Source of the DNA: Cenarchaeum sp.
Lineage (GTDB): Archaea > Thermoproteota > Nitrososphaeria > Nitrososphaerales > Nitrosopumilaceae
Direction of reading: 5' to 3'
DNA length: 64,000 nucleotides
Assembly (NCBI GenBank): GCA_965242695.1
Contig: CBDESU010000001.1
Span: forward strand, 1,760,001 to 1,824,000
The number at the start of each line of letters is the position of its first letter. Positions within the stretch are counted from its first letter, which is position 1. The notes beneath the pieces were generated by a model, which did no database searches, was not told the origin of the DNA, and worked only from the letters and a program-made list of their open reading frames with translations. Below are positions 20,203-28,991 of this stretch, one piece after another. Position numbers and translations under genes: made by a program.

Positions 20203-20707
20203 TGACGCGCGCGCCGCCGCCGCGGGAAATATAAATCGTGGAAGGTCGGATCCGGTTGGATCGAGGATTTTGGCAGGGGCGCGGCAGGATGCGGCAGGCG
20301 TCGCCGCCCTGCCCGCGCCTCCTGCTAGGGCAGGGGGGTCGCATCCCCGTCCCGCCCGCTGCCGCCAGGCGCGCTTGCCGTCGTCCGATGGCAGTAGCAA
20401 GCATCGCACGGGGCCAGACACGATGGCCCCTGCCGCCAGGCGCGCGCGGCGCCGTCGGGCGCGGGCAGGGCAGGGCAGGGCTCCCGGCGCGGCTCGGACG
20501 GGGGCGGGCCACGCGCGGCATGCCGCTGCCGGCGGGGCGCTGCAGGCCGGGGCGCGGCAGGCAGCCGCCGCCAGAGGGCTTGCCCTGCCAGGCGGCATGG
20601 CATGCAGGGGGAGGAGAACCCAAGGGGAGAGGGCGGGCAGGGCATAATTTTCGCGCAGGCGGCTCGCCGGCGGCAGGCCTTAAATCGCAGCCTAGCGGTC
20701 GAGGCGC

Positions 20708-21061
20708 ATGGAGACCGCCCCGATCTTTGAGATCGCCACGAGGAACCTCGACGCGGACGCGCCGGCCGTCAGGGGCGTGCTGGCCGACATGGGCGCGCTG
20801 GTCCACCGCGCCGACGGCTTTGTCCTGGACGAAGAGGCCCAGATGGCAATGGGGTGGTGGTTCTTCAAGGTGAGCGCCGATCCCGGCTTTGTCAGGCAGC
20901 TGGTGGATCACCTCGGGGCGGCCGACCCGCGGGCGCGCGGCTCTAGGGGCCTCCTCGATGCGCTTGAGCGAAGGCTCGAAGAGTCCGGGTGCGGGGCGAG
21001 GGCAAGGCTGCACGGGGACAGGTCGATCATGCAGAGGTACTGGTCGTGGCTGATGAGATAG
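20708..21061 (+). CDS. conserved hypothetical protein
   Basis: Clean 117-aa ORF with cttaaat about 25 nt upstream. Confidence 0.7.
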   Translation: METAPIFEIATRNLDADAPAVRGVLADMGALVHRADGFVLDEEAQMAMGWWFFKVSADPGFVRQLVDHLGAADPRARGSRGLLDALERRLEESGCGARARLHGDRSIMQRYWSWLMR

Positions 21062-21184
21062 GCGCGCGCGGCGGGGGCGCCGCGCCTCGGCTGAGGGGCG
21101 CATTGGAGCGTCCTAGGCGCGCATCGCCGCGCGTGGCGGGCGGCCCGGCCTCGCCCAGCCGCGCCTAGGGGCCCGCCGGCTCCG

Positions 21185-21592
21185 CTACCGGCCGCGCCCG
21201 CGGCGCCGCCGGCGCCGCCTGCCCCGCTGCGGGCCGCGCCTCTTGTACGGCGCAAACCGCTTTCCGGCAACCACGTCGGCCACCAGCCGGTCGAACCGCC
21301 TGCCGTGGCTCATGTACGGGAACCTGACATGGACCATCTCGTGGGCGATCGTATCGACCAGTATCCGCTCGCTGGGAATCTTGCGGACGTTGATGAAGAC
21401 GATGTTGCTCTCTAGGTAGGACACGCCGTAGTACTTGTACGCGGACGTCCGCCTGCCGGCCGTCAGCTCGCGCGGCATGTCGAGCACCTCGCGCGTCGTG
21501 AGCAGCACCCTCGGCTCGGCAACGGAGAGCCGGGCGGCGTACACGCCGACCGCCTCGAGTATGCGCAGGCGCGTGTCGTCGTCGAGCTTCAC
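21185..21592 (-). CDS. HExxH (SprT/minigluzincin-like) metalloprotein
   Basis: TIAHEMVH..F....HGRRF motif. Confidence 0.75.
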   Translation of the reverse strand: MKLDDDTRLRILEAVGVYAARLSVAEPRVLLTTREVLDMPRELTAGRRTSAYKYYGVSYLESNIVFINVRKIPSERILVDTIAHEMVHVRFPYMSHGRRFDRLVADVVAGKRFAPYKRRGPQRGRRRRRRRGRGR

Positions 21593-21696
21593 GGCCAGCG
21601 TCGCCCCGCCGCCGTAAAAGGCCCCGTGTCAAACTTTGCAGATAACTTGTCAAGTCGCGTTGATTTGGGGTCAGAGGTGTGCGTCGCAATCATCCG

Positions 21697-22248
21697 TCAT
21701 CCAGCCACCGTCTCATCATGCCCCGCCGCCATGCGCTCCAGCACCGATTTAGCCCTATGCCTCGCGTCCGGGCCGGCGCGCACGACCACGATGCCCTCGC
21801 CCGGCTGGCCGTACATGACGGCGGCCCCGTCGGGGGCGTGGATGCAGGCGGGGACGACGAGCAGGTCCTCCTCGCCGTCGACCTCGATGCGCGACGGGCG
21901 CAGGGGCGGGGCGAGGAGCCGGCGCACCAGGTCGGCGCATTCGGTGCAGATGCCGCCGGCCCTGTTCTCGCACCTGGCAAGGCGGCGGGCCCCTGACGCG
22001 GCCGGCGGGCGCCCGCGCCCTGCGCGCCGCAGCCGCCCCTCGATCCCGTCGACTACCTCCAGGACGGGCGCGATCCCAAGTGCCGAGGCCCGCTCGGACG
22101 TCGCATCGCCGACGGTTACGACGGGCGGCGCGGCGCCGGGCAGTCCGCGCAGCAGCTCGGCCCGCGTGACCGACGCGTCCGGCACGAGGCGGCCCATGGG
22201 GCGCTTCAGCTCGGCCCGCATGCGCACGGGCAGCGGCAGGAACGCCAA
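21697..22248 (-). CDS. GTP-dependent dephospho-CoA kinase (DUF359)
   Basis: LKRPMG, TVGDAT, VDG, N..G.I, VDGEEDL, YGQPGEG. Confidence 0.88.
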   Translation of the reverse strand: MAFLPLPVRMRAELKRPMGRLVPDASVTRAELLRGLPGAAPPVVTVGDATSERASALGIAPVLEVVDGIEGRLRRAGRGRPPAASGARRLARCENRAGGICTECADLVRRLLAPPLRPSRIEVDGEEDLLVVPACIHAPDGAAVMYGQPGEGIVVVRAGPDARHRAKSVLERMAAGHDETVAG

Positions 22249-22256
22249 GGTGCGGC

Positions 22257-23471
22257 TCAGCTTCCGCCCGCAGGCGGCGGCGCTGCCGTGGGAGGCGGCG
22301 GGGGAGGCTGCTGCGGCCGGGCCTCCGCTGCCGCCGTGCCGGGGGAGGCTGGCGGCTCGCCGGCGGCCGAGGCGGCAGAGGCGGCGCCGTCGCCGTCCCC
22401 AGAGGCGTCCGACTCTTCGCGCAGCTTGGCCGCCGCAATGCTGCACTGCGCGGCAATGTTCCGCGCCGCAGACCTGAACGCATCGGCGCTGGCCGACGAC
22501 GGATCGCTGGCCATGACCGGCCTGCCCGAGTCGGATCCCGACATTATGCCCGCGTTGAGCGGCACCTCGCCGACGAACGGCACGCCGAACTCTTCGCTGA
22601 TCCTCTTGGCCCCGCCCTGCCCGAACACGTAGTGGAGCTCGTCGCACTTTGGGCACGTAAACGAGCTCATGTTCTCGACGACGCCCAGGATGGGCACGTT
22701 CAGGGTGCTGAACATCCCGATGGCCTTTACGGCCACGTTGCTTGCAACGTCCTGCGGCGTCGTCACGACCAGTATGCCCGTGATGGGTATGGTCTGTGCG
22801 AGCGTCAGCGGTATGTCGCCCGTTCCCGGCGGGAGGTCTACGATGAGGTAGTCCAGGTCCTCCCAGGCCGTGTCGACGAGAAACTGCCGCAGAATGCCCG
22901 ATATTATGGGGCCGCGGTAGATTGCCGCCTTTGCGGCCTGGTCGGCAAAGAACCCGAACGAGATCACCTTTATGCCGGCGTGGTCCGCCGGCTGGAGCTT
23001 GTTGTCCTCGACCTGGAGCGCGCCGTCCTTGATTCCCAGCATGAGCGGTATGCTCGGCCCGTAGATGTCCGCGTCGAGCAGGCCCACCTTTGCCCCCTCC
23101 TGCGAGAGCGCCAATGCGAGGTTGAGCGACACGGTCGACTTGCCGACGCCGCCCTTGCCGCTGGCCACCGCGATTATGTTGCGCACCGTCGACAGGCTCG
23201 TGTCGTCGTCGAGCGAGCGGCCCTCCATCACCTTGGCCGTCACGTTCATGTCAAGGTTGTCGATGCCGTCGAGCTCGCCGACGGCCCTGCGCACGTCCGC
23301 CTCGATCTCGTCGTTGAACGGGCATGCGGGCGTCGTGAGCTCGAGCGTGAACTTTAGGTCGCCGCCGTCCAGCTCTAGGTCCTTTATCATCCCCATCGAG
23401 ACGATGTCCTTTTTCAGGTCCGGGTCGATCACGGTGCTGAGCTTGTCTAGGACCTGGTCGATTGCGGGCAC
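22257..23471 (-). CDS. mrp: Mrp/ApbC (NBP35) Fe-S cluster carrier ATPase
   Basis: N-terminal DUF59-like domain (V.DPDL, LTTPACP), GKGGVGKST, DLPPGTGD, ENMS..CPKC. Confidence 0.93.
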   Translation of the reverse strand: MPAIDQVLDKLSTVIDPDLKKDIVSMGMIKDLELDGGDLKFTLELTTPACPFNDEIEADVRRAVGELDGIDNLDMNVTAKVMEGRSLDDDTSLSTVRNIIAVASGKGGVGKSTVSLNLALALSQEGAKVGLLDADIYGPSIPLMLGIKDGALQVEDNKLQPADHAGIKVISFGFFADQAAKAAIYRGPIISGILRQFLVDTAWEDLDYLIVDLPPGTGDIPLTLAQTIPITGILVVTTPQDVASNVAVKAIGMFSTLNVPILGVVENMSSFTCPKCDELHYVFGQGGAKRISEEFGVPFVGEVPLNAGIMSGSDSGRPVMASDPSSASADAFRSAARNIAAQCSIAAAKLREESDASGDGDGAASAASAAGEPPASPGTAAAEARPQQPPPPPPTAAPPPAGGS

Positions 23472-23665
23472 GCGGCGGCGCCTTGATCTCGGTATTTAAA
23501 ACATGGTCGGAGTGCCCCTGCATGGCGGGGATCCATGCCGCGCCGCGCGTGCAGGACCGCCCCCGCATGCAGGCCAAATGGCGGCCCGGTCCACGCATGC
23601 CGGCGGCGCAGGCGGGGCGCAGGGCCACCTCCCCCCCTCCTGCCGCCCGCCGGCCCGCCAGACAG

Positions 23666-23870
23666 CAGGGCCGTTTGCATCGCCGGACAGCCCTGCCCGG
23701 GGCCGGCCCTATGCCCTGCGCGGGCGCCCCTGACATCAGGGTCGTTCGCATCGTCGGACAGCCCTGCAGCCGGCGCGGGCGGGGCGCAGAGCCCCCTCTC
23801 CCAGATCGACCCGTCCAGACCAAAGAGCCTGGACGAGGCAGCCGGCGCGGGCGGGGCGCAGGGCCCCCTC
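23666..23870. repeat. two adjacent repeat-spacer-repeat units (periods 71 and 72 bp)
   Basis: 31-bp pair at 23666-23696/23737-23767 (3 mismatches); 33-bp pair at 23766-23798/23838-23870 (1 mismatch); more diverged copy near 23604. Confidence 0.8.
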
Positions 23871-23998
23871 CCCTGCCGGCCCAGTGCGCCCGGCCGGCCC
23901 CCCCCCCCCCCTAGGCGCGGTCAGGCGCGGGCCGGCGACGGCGGCCCCCTCCGGCCCACGCCAAAGGTTCATAAAATCGGGCAGGGGCGCCCGGCCGG

Positions 23999-24646
23999 TT
24001 GTTTTCAATATCCAGCCTGGCAGACGTGGTGAGGATCCCCCCCAAGATGTTCGGCACGACCCTCAGGAAGGCGGCCATCGACATACTCAAGGAAAAGTAC
24101 GAGAGCATGATCAACGCCGAGCTCGGCTACATCATCATGATCCTTGACGCGAGGGTCGAGGAGATGGGCAAGATGGTCGCCGGCGACGGCAGCACGTTCC
24201 ACAGGGTAGAGTTCGACGCGCTCACGTTCTACCCAAAGCTGCAAGAGATCGTCAACGGCGAGATCGTCGACATTACCGACTTTGGGGCGTTCGTCAGGAT
24301 AGGCCCCACCGACGCCCTGCTGCACCTCTCGCAGGTCATGGACGACTACCTCAAGAGCGACGTAAAGTCGGGCATCATAATCGCCAGCCAGAGCGGCCGC
24401 ACCCTAAAGGTCGGCTCTACGCTGCGCTCTAGGATCACGGCCGTCTCGCTCGGCAAGGGCGCCTCGATGGGCAAGATCGGCATCACCTGCCGGCAGCCGC
24501 ACCTGGGCACCGACGACTGGATCGCAGAGGGCCTCAAGGCCGCCGCCGGGGGCGGCAAGGGCGGCTCGGCGGACGGGGCCGACGCCGCAGGCGGAGGCAA
24601 GGGCAAGGCCAAGAAGCCCTCTGGCGGCAAGGGGAAGGAGGGGTAG
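23999..24646 (+). CDS. rpo7: DNA-directed RNA polymerase subunit Rpo7 (E')
   Basis: DVVRIPP, GDG, S1 domain FGAFVRIGPTDALLHLSQ, GITCRQP.LG. Confidence 0.95.
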   Translation: MFSISSLADVVRIPPKMFGTTLRKAAIDILKEKYESMINAELGYIIMILDARVEEMGKMVAGDGSTFHRVEFDALTFYPKLQEIVNGEIVDITDFGAFVRIGPTDALLHLSQVMDDYLKSDVKSGIIIASQSGRTLKVGSTLRSRITAVSLGKGASMGKIGITCRQPHLGTDDWIAEGLKAAAGGGKGGSADGADAAGGGKGKAKKPSGGKGKEG

Positions 24647-24652
24647 CGCAGC

Positions 24653-24841
24653 GTGGCCCGCGAGATGGCATGCCGCAAGTGCAAGTATGTGACGACCGGC
24701 AAGGTGTGCCCCGCGTGCAAGTCGTCCGACCTGACGCCGGACTGGACTGGAATAGTGCTGATCGTCGAGCCGAACGGCTCGCAGATCGCCTCGACCCTCG
24801 GCATTACATCCAAGGGCAAGTACGCCATCAAGGTGACGTGA
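24653..24841 (+). CDS. spt4: transcription elongation factor Spt4 (RpoE'')
   Basis: ACRKC...CPAC, W.G...I..P..SQIA..LGI...GKYAIKV; follows rpo7. Confidence 0.95.
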   Translation: MAREMACRKCKYVTTGKVCPACKSSDLTPDWTGIVLIVEPNGSQIASTLGITSKGKYAIKVT

Positions 24842-24845
24842 CGCG

Positions 24846-25796
24846 TTGGCGACTGCCGGGGCAGGCGCGGCGGCGGCAAAGCGGGCCGCGGCGGGGCGCG
24901 ACAGGGACTTGGCGCGGTTCCTTGCAGAGGACTCGGCCGGCCGCGACATTACCGGGTCGCTTGTGCCGAACCTCGCCGCCGAGGCGCGCATCGTATGCGC
25001 CGACGCGGGGCGCATCGTGGTGGCAGGCGCCGCGCATGCCGGCAGGGTGTTTGCCATGCGCGGCTGCCGCGCTAGCGCCGCCGCGCGGGACGGCAGCCGC
25101 GCTAGCGCCGCCGCGCGGGACGGCAGCCGCGCGGGGCCCGGCGCGGCGATCCTCTCGGTGCGCGGCCCCGCAAGGGCCATCCTCGCCTGCGAGAGGACCG
25201 CGCTCAACCTCATGTCCCGCATGAGCGGAATAGCGACGGCGACGGCCGGGATCGTCGAGTCGCTCGAGGGGACCGGCGTCGAGGTGCTCGCCACCCGCAA
25301 GACGGCCCCAGGCCTGAGGCGGTTCGACAAGGAGGCCGTCGAGATCGGCGGCGGCAGGAGGCACCGCATGTCGCTCGGCGATGCCGTCATCATAAAGGAC
25401 AACCACATAGCGGCCGCGGGGCCCGTCGGGGACCTGGTCAGGGCGGCCCGGAAGAGGAGGGCGGCCCGGCGCGGGCGGTGGGAGATCGAGGCAGAGGCCG
25501 AGACCGTGCGCGAGGCCGTAGAGGCGGCCGAGGCCGGCGCCGACGCCGTAATGCTAGACAACTTTGCGCCGCGCAGGGCCGCGGCCGCCGTCGCCGCCCT
25601 GGAAAAGGCCGGCCTCAGGGGGCGCGTCAGGGTCGAGGCGTCCGGCGGGATAACCGCGGCGACTGCCGCGCGCTACGCGGCCGCCGGCGTCGACTCTGTC
25701 TCCGTCGGCACCCTGACGCACTCGGCGCCGGCCGTAGACTACACGCTAGAGATCGCGCAGCGGGCCGGCTCCGCCCCGCCCGGCGGGTCAGCCTAG
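24846..25796 (+). CDS. nadC: nicotinate-nucleotide diphosphorylase (quinolinate phosphoribosyltransferase)
   Basis: ERTALN, SGIAT, ATRKTAPG, HRMSL.D, KDNH, MLDN, EASGGI. Confidence 0.95.
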   Translation: MATAGAGAAAAKRAAAGRDRDLARFLAEDSAGRDITGSLVPNLAAEARIVCADAGRIVVAGAAHAGRVFAMRGCRASAAARDGSRASAAARDGSRAGPGAAILSVRGPARAILACERTALNLMSRMSGIATATAGIVESLEGTGVEVLATRKTAPGLRRFDKEAVEIGGGRRHRMSLGDAVIIKDNHIAAAGPVGDLVRAARKRRAARRGRWEIEAEAETVREAVEAAEAGADAVMLDNFAPRRAAAAVAALEKAGLRGRVRVEASGGITAATAARYAAAGVDSVSVGTLTHSAPAVDYTLEIAQRAGSAPPGGSA

Positions 25797-26747
25797 CGCC
25801 AGCATCCGCTCGATCGCCTGGCGGGCCCTGCCGGCAGTCTCGGCGGGGACCGCGACCTCGTACCTGTCGTGCAGCAGCGAGTCGCGCACCTTTTCGGGCG
25901 TGATCATCTTCATGTAGCGGCACTCGGCGCCGTCCGAGGCGGCGACAAACTCCTTTTCAGGGTTGGCCTTGCGCATGCGGTAGAGTATGCCCGTCTCGGT
26001 GGCCACGACGAACCTGCGCGCGTCCGACTCGGCGGCGCGCTTCATCATGCCCTCGGTCGACAGTATGCGGACGGGGCGGTCGCCGTACTCGCCGGCGGCC
26101 GCATCGCGCAGGAACGGCGTGGTGCAGCTGCACTCGGGGTGCACCACGAACTCGGCGCCGGGCATCGAGTCGAGCTTTGAGAGGACGTCGTCGGGCGATA
26201 TGCCGGCGTGCACGTGGCACTCGCCGGCCCACACGCGCATGTTGCTGCGCCCCGTCTCCTTTGCGACGTACGAGCCGAGGAACATGTCGGGGAGGAACAG
26301 CACCTCGCGGTCGCCCGGTATGGCGTTGACGACGGCGACGGCGTTCGAGGACGTGCAGCAGTAGTCGAGCTCGGCCTTTACCTCGGCCGTCGTGTTGACG
26401 TACCCGACCGCGACGGCCCCGGGGTGGCGGGCCTTCCAGTCCCGCAGCTGATCGGCCGTTATCGTGTCGGACAGCGAGCAGCCCGCCTCCAGGTCGGGTA
26501 TGAGGACGCGCCGGTCGGGGCTTATGATGGCCGCCGTCTCTGCCATGAAGTGCACGCCGCAGAACAGTATGCGGGCGCTGTCGGTCCTTGCAGCCTGCCG
26601 GGCGAGGCCGAGCGAGTCGCCGATGTAGTCTGCCACGTCCTGGACCGCCGGCACCTGGTAGTTGTGCGCGAGTATGACGGCGTCGCGCTCCTCCTTGAGC
26701 GCGAGTATCTGCTCGCGCAGCCCCTCGGCCTGCTCCTGCACCTGCAT
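25788..26747 (-). CDS. nadA: quinolinate synthase
   Basis: ILAHNYQ, GDSL, FCGVHFMAET, AGCSL, YVNT, CHVH, HPEC, C.YMK; TTTAAA upstream. Confidence 0.96.
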   Translation of the reverse strand: MQVQEQAEGLREQILALKEERDAVILAHNYQVPAVQDVADYIGDSLGLARQAARTDSARILFCGVHFMAETAAIISPDRRVLIPDLEAGCSLSDTITADQLRDWKARHPGAVAVGYVNTTAEVKAELDYCCTSSNAVAVVNAIPGDREVLFLPDMFLGSYVAKETGRSNMRVWAGECHVHAGISPDDVLSKLDSMPGAEFVVHPECSCTTPFLRDAAAGEYGDRPVRILSTEGMMKRAAESDARRFVVATETGILYRMRKANPEKEFVAASDGAECRYMKMITPEKVRDSLLHDRYEVAVPAETAGRARQAIERMLALG

Positions 26748-26865
26748 GTCGACGGGGGCGGCGGGCCGTATTGATTTAAAGACCCGGCATGGTGCAAGAT
26801 GGGGCCCTCTCCGGCGCGGAAGCGGCAAGGATTGCCGCATCAGGGGGAGCCGGCGCGGGGCGGCC

Positions 26866-27711
26866 CTACGTGCCCCTCTTCACGCCGCCCGGCTCGCACG
26901 CGGCCCTGAGGGCCTCGATGGCAGAGAGGACGGCGAGCCGGCTCGTCCGCGGGTTGGACGGGTCTGGCACGTTGCGGACCGTGACGGCAAGATCGCCGAA
27001 CGCTCCGGACGCGGCGATCTCGTGCCGGTTGCGCGTGGCGGCCGGGTCGGCCACGACCCTGACGCGCGTCGAGCCGGCGCCGAGGCCGGCGAGGGCCAGC
27101 GCGGCGGCGACGTTGACGTTGGCGGGGAACAGGGCGACGGCCTCGGCCGCCGTGCCGTCGAATATCGTCGTCGCCTCCGAGATCGACGACGGGTCGGCGC
27201 CCGACTCTTCAAAGAACGGCGCCCCCCTGAGCGAGTCGGGGTGCTTTGTCGTCGTGAGCACGACCGAGTCGAGCTCGCCCTGGACGGCCTTTAGGCAGTC
27301 GATCCCCGCGACGGCCCCCGACGGCAGGATGAGGGTCCGGCCGTACTGCCTGCACGCGCCGGCGAGTACGTCGAACACGGCGGGGTCGAGCAACGCGCCG
27401 ACGCTCATGACCAGCAGGTCCTTGCGGTTCTGCAGGACGCTCAGGGCCGAGGCCCGCACGGCATCCTGCGAGGCCGCCTCTACGACGATGTCGACGCCGG
27501 GCCCCGACGAGAGGAGGTGCGCGTTCGGCACGACCTCGGGCCTTGACGACAGGGACGATGCGAGCGACTCGGCGCGGGCCGCGTCCACGTCGTGCACGCG
27601 GACTAGGCGGGCCCCGATGCGCCCCGAGTCGATCGCGGCGGCGATCTGGGATCCCATGGCGCCGCAGCCTAGCAGCGCCACCCTCTTGCGCGGGGCGGCA
27701 GCCTCTGCCAT
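26866..27711 (-). CDS. nadX: L-aspartate dehydrogenase
   Basis: GCGAMG, VEAAS, MSVGAL, PSGAVAGID, FPANVNVAA, NPRTS; clustered with nadA/nadC. Confidence 0.92.
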   Translation of the reverse strand: MAEAAAPRKRVALLGCGAMGSQIAAAIDSGRIGARLVRVHDVDAARAESLASSLSSRPEVVPNAHLLSSGPGVDIVVEAASQDAVRASALSVLQNRKDLLVMSVGALLDPAVFDVLAGACRQYGRTLILPSGAVAGIDCLKAVQGELDSVVLTTTKHPDSLRGAPFFEESGADPSSISEATTIFDGTAAEAVALFPANVNVAAALALAGLGAGSTRVRVVADPAATRNRHEIAASGAFGDLAVTVRNVPDPSNPRTSRLAVLSAIEALRAACEPGGVKRGT

Positions 27712-27794
27712 GCGGCCGCCCCATGCGGCGCCCTCTAAAGCGTTGCGACCGGCGGGCGCGGCCGAGGCGGCCGGCGGGCGCGAGGCCGGCATCC

Positions 27795-28510
27795 CTATAC
27801 GGCCCTCGCCGACGACGAGCCGCCCGCCTTTGCGACATGGAACGCGTGGTCGGCGTGCGCCCCTAGATCCCTGTCGTGCGAGACGAGTATGATCTGCTCG
27901 TACTCTGGCGCCCTGAGGATCGAGCGGACCTTGTCCAGCTGCGGCCTTGGGAACCCGTCGGTCGGCTCGTCGAGTACGAGCAGGTCGGACCGCAGCGACC
28001 GCGTCTCCCTCCTCAGCGGCGTGTTCAGCGCGAGCCGGTAGGCGAGCGAGACGCCCGTCCGCTCGCTGCCGGACAGGTGTGCCAGGCCGACATCGTACCC
28101 GTCCTAGTCGACTATCGGCATGAACGTGTCGTCTGTGCGGGATGTCTGGGTCCCGTCGTCGACGAGCGTGGCAAGCCACCCACTGTACGCCTCGTCGAGA
28201 CCCGCCTGCAGTGAGACGGGCACCCGCCTCTCGATGCGCTCCACGGACGGCACAAGGTACGACTCGATCCGGCGGGAGTATTGGACGAGCCGGCCGTGCT
28301 CGTACCTCGACTTTTTCGCCCTTTCCAGGTCCACGAGCTCTGCGCCCAGGCGGTCCCTCCACCCGCTTGCCGACTCTGCGTGTGCCGCGGCATCGGCCTC
28401 TGCGCGGCGGCGCCTCGGCGCGGCTGCCAGGCGCAGCTCCGCATCCGATACCTTGGCATCTAGGCCATCGAACGCGCCGAGGTCTGCCTCGGCCTCGGCA
28501 GTGGGGGGGC
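27795..28510 (-). pseudogene. Rad50/SMC-like ATPase C-terminal fragment with in-frame TAG
   Basis: Coiled-coil region, then FMPIVD*DGYDVGLAHLSGSERTGVSLAYRLAL...DLLVLDEPTDGF...QIILVSHD; stop at 28104-28106; no Walker A half found. Confidence 0.8.
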
Positions 28511-28711
28511 GCCTGCATGCAACATGAGCCGTGCGCCGGCGAGGCCGGCGGACATCGTGCGGACAGGCTGCCGCCGGGCGCGCGGCCCTGCACCAGCAGG
28601 GACGCCGGCGCGCCGCGCCCCTGCCAATCCCGCCGCGGCGCCGTCCGGCCGGCGGCTGGAATGCGGGCTGATCGGCAGGCATGCGGCGCCGCCCGGCTCC
28701 CTCTCGCGCCG

Positions 28712-28990
28712 TCAGGTTCCCGAAACCGTCCGGATGCGGCCGGGCGAACCGGCGGCGATCGCATCGGCCAGATCCTTGATCTCCGCGCTGAGGCGCATCG
28801 TCTCGGCCGCCTCTGCCATCTGCCGGCGCAGGGTCAGCACCAGTTCCTCCTCGAAGTATTCGTCCATGATCGCCCTGGCGGGAGCATCGCAGGGGGCGCC
28901 CGTCCCGCCCCCCGCGGGCGTCTGCCTGGACGGGCACGGCCGAAGCACGCCGCCGGCGTACTCGAAATCGACAGAGTCGGAATCCCGCAT
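28712..28990 (-). CDS. small acidic hypothetical protein
   Basis: ATG at 28990, 1 nt after the stop of the ClpP-like gene; IMDEYFEEELVLTLRRQMAEAA helix. Confidence 0.5.
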   Translation of the reverse strand: MRDSDSVDFEYAGGVLRPCPSRQTPAGGGTGAPCDAPARAIMDEYFEEELVLTLRRQMAEAAETMRLSAEIKDLADAIAAGSPGRIRTVSGT

Positions 28991-28991
28991 G

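Noticed and set aside
28104-28106. Pyrrolysine or readthrough at the in-frame TAG
   Set aside because: The gene also lacks its N-terminal half and has a degenerate signature motif; a CAG/GAG-to-TAG nonsense change is simpler.
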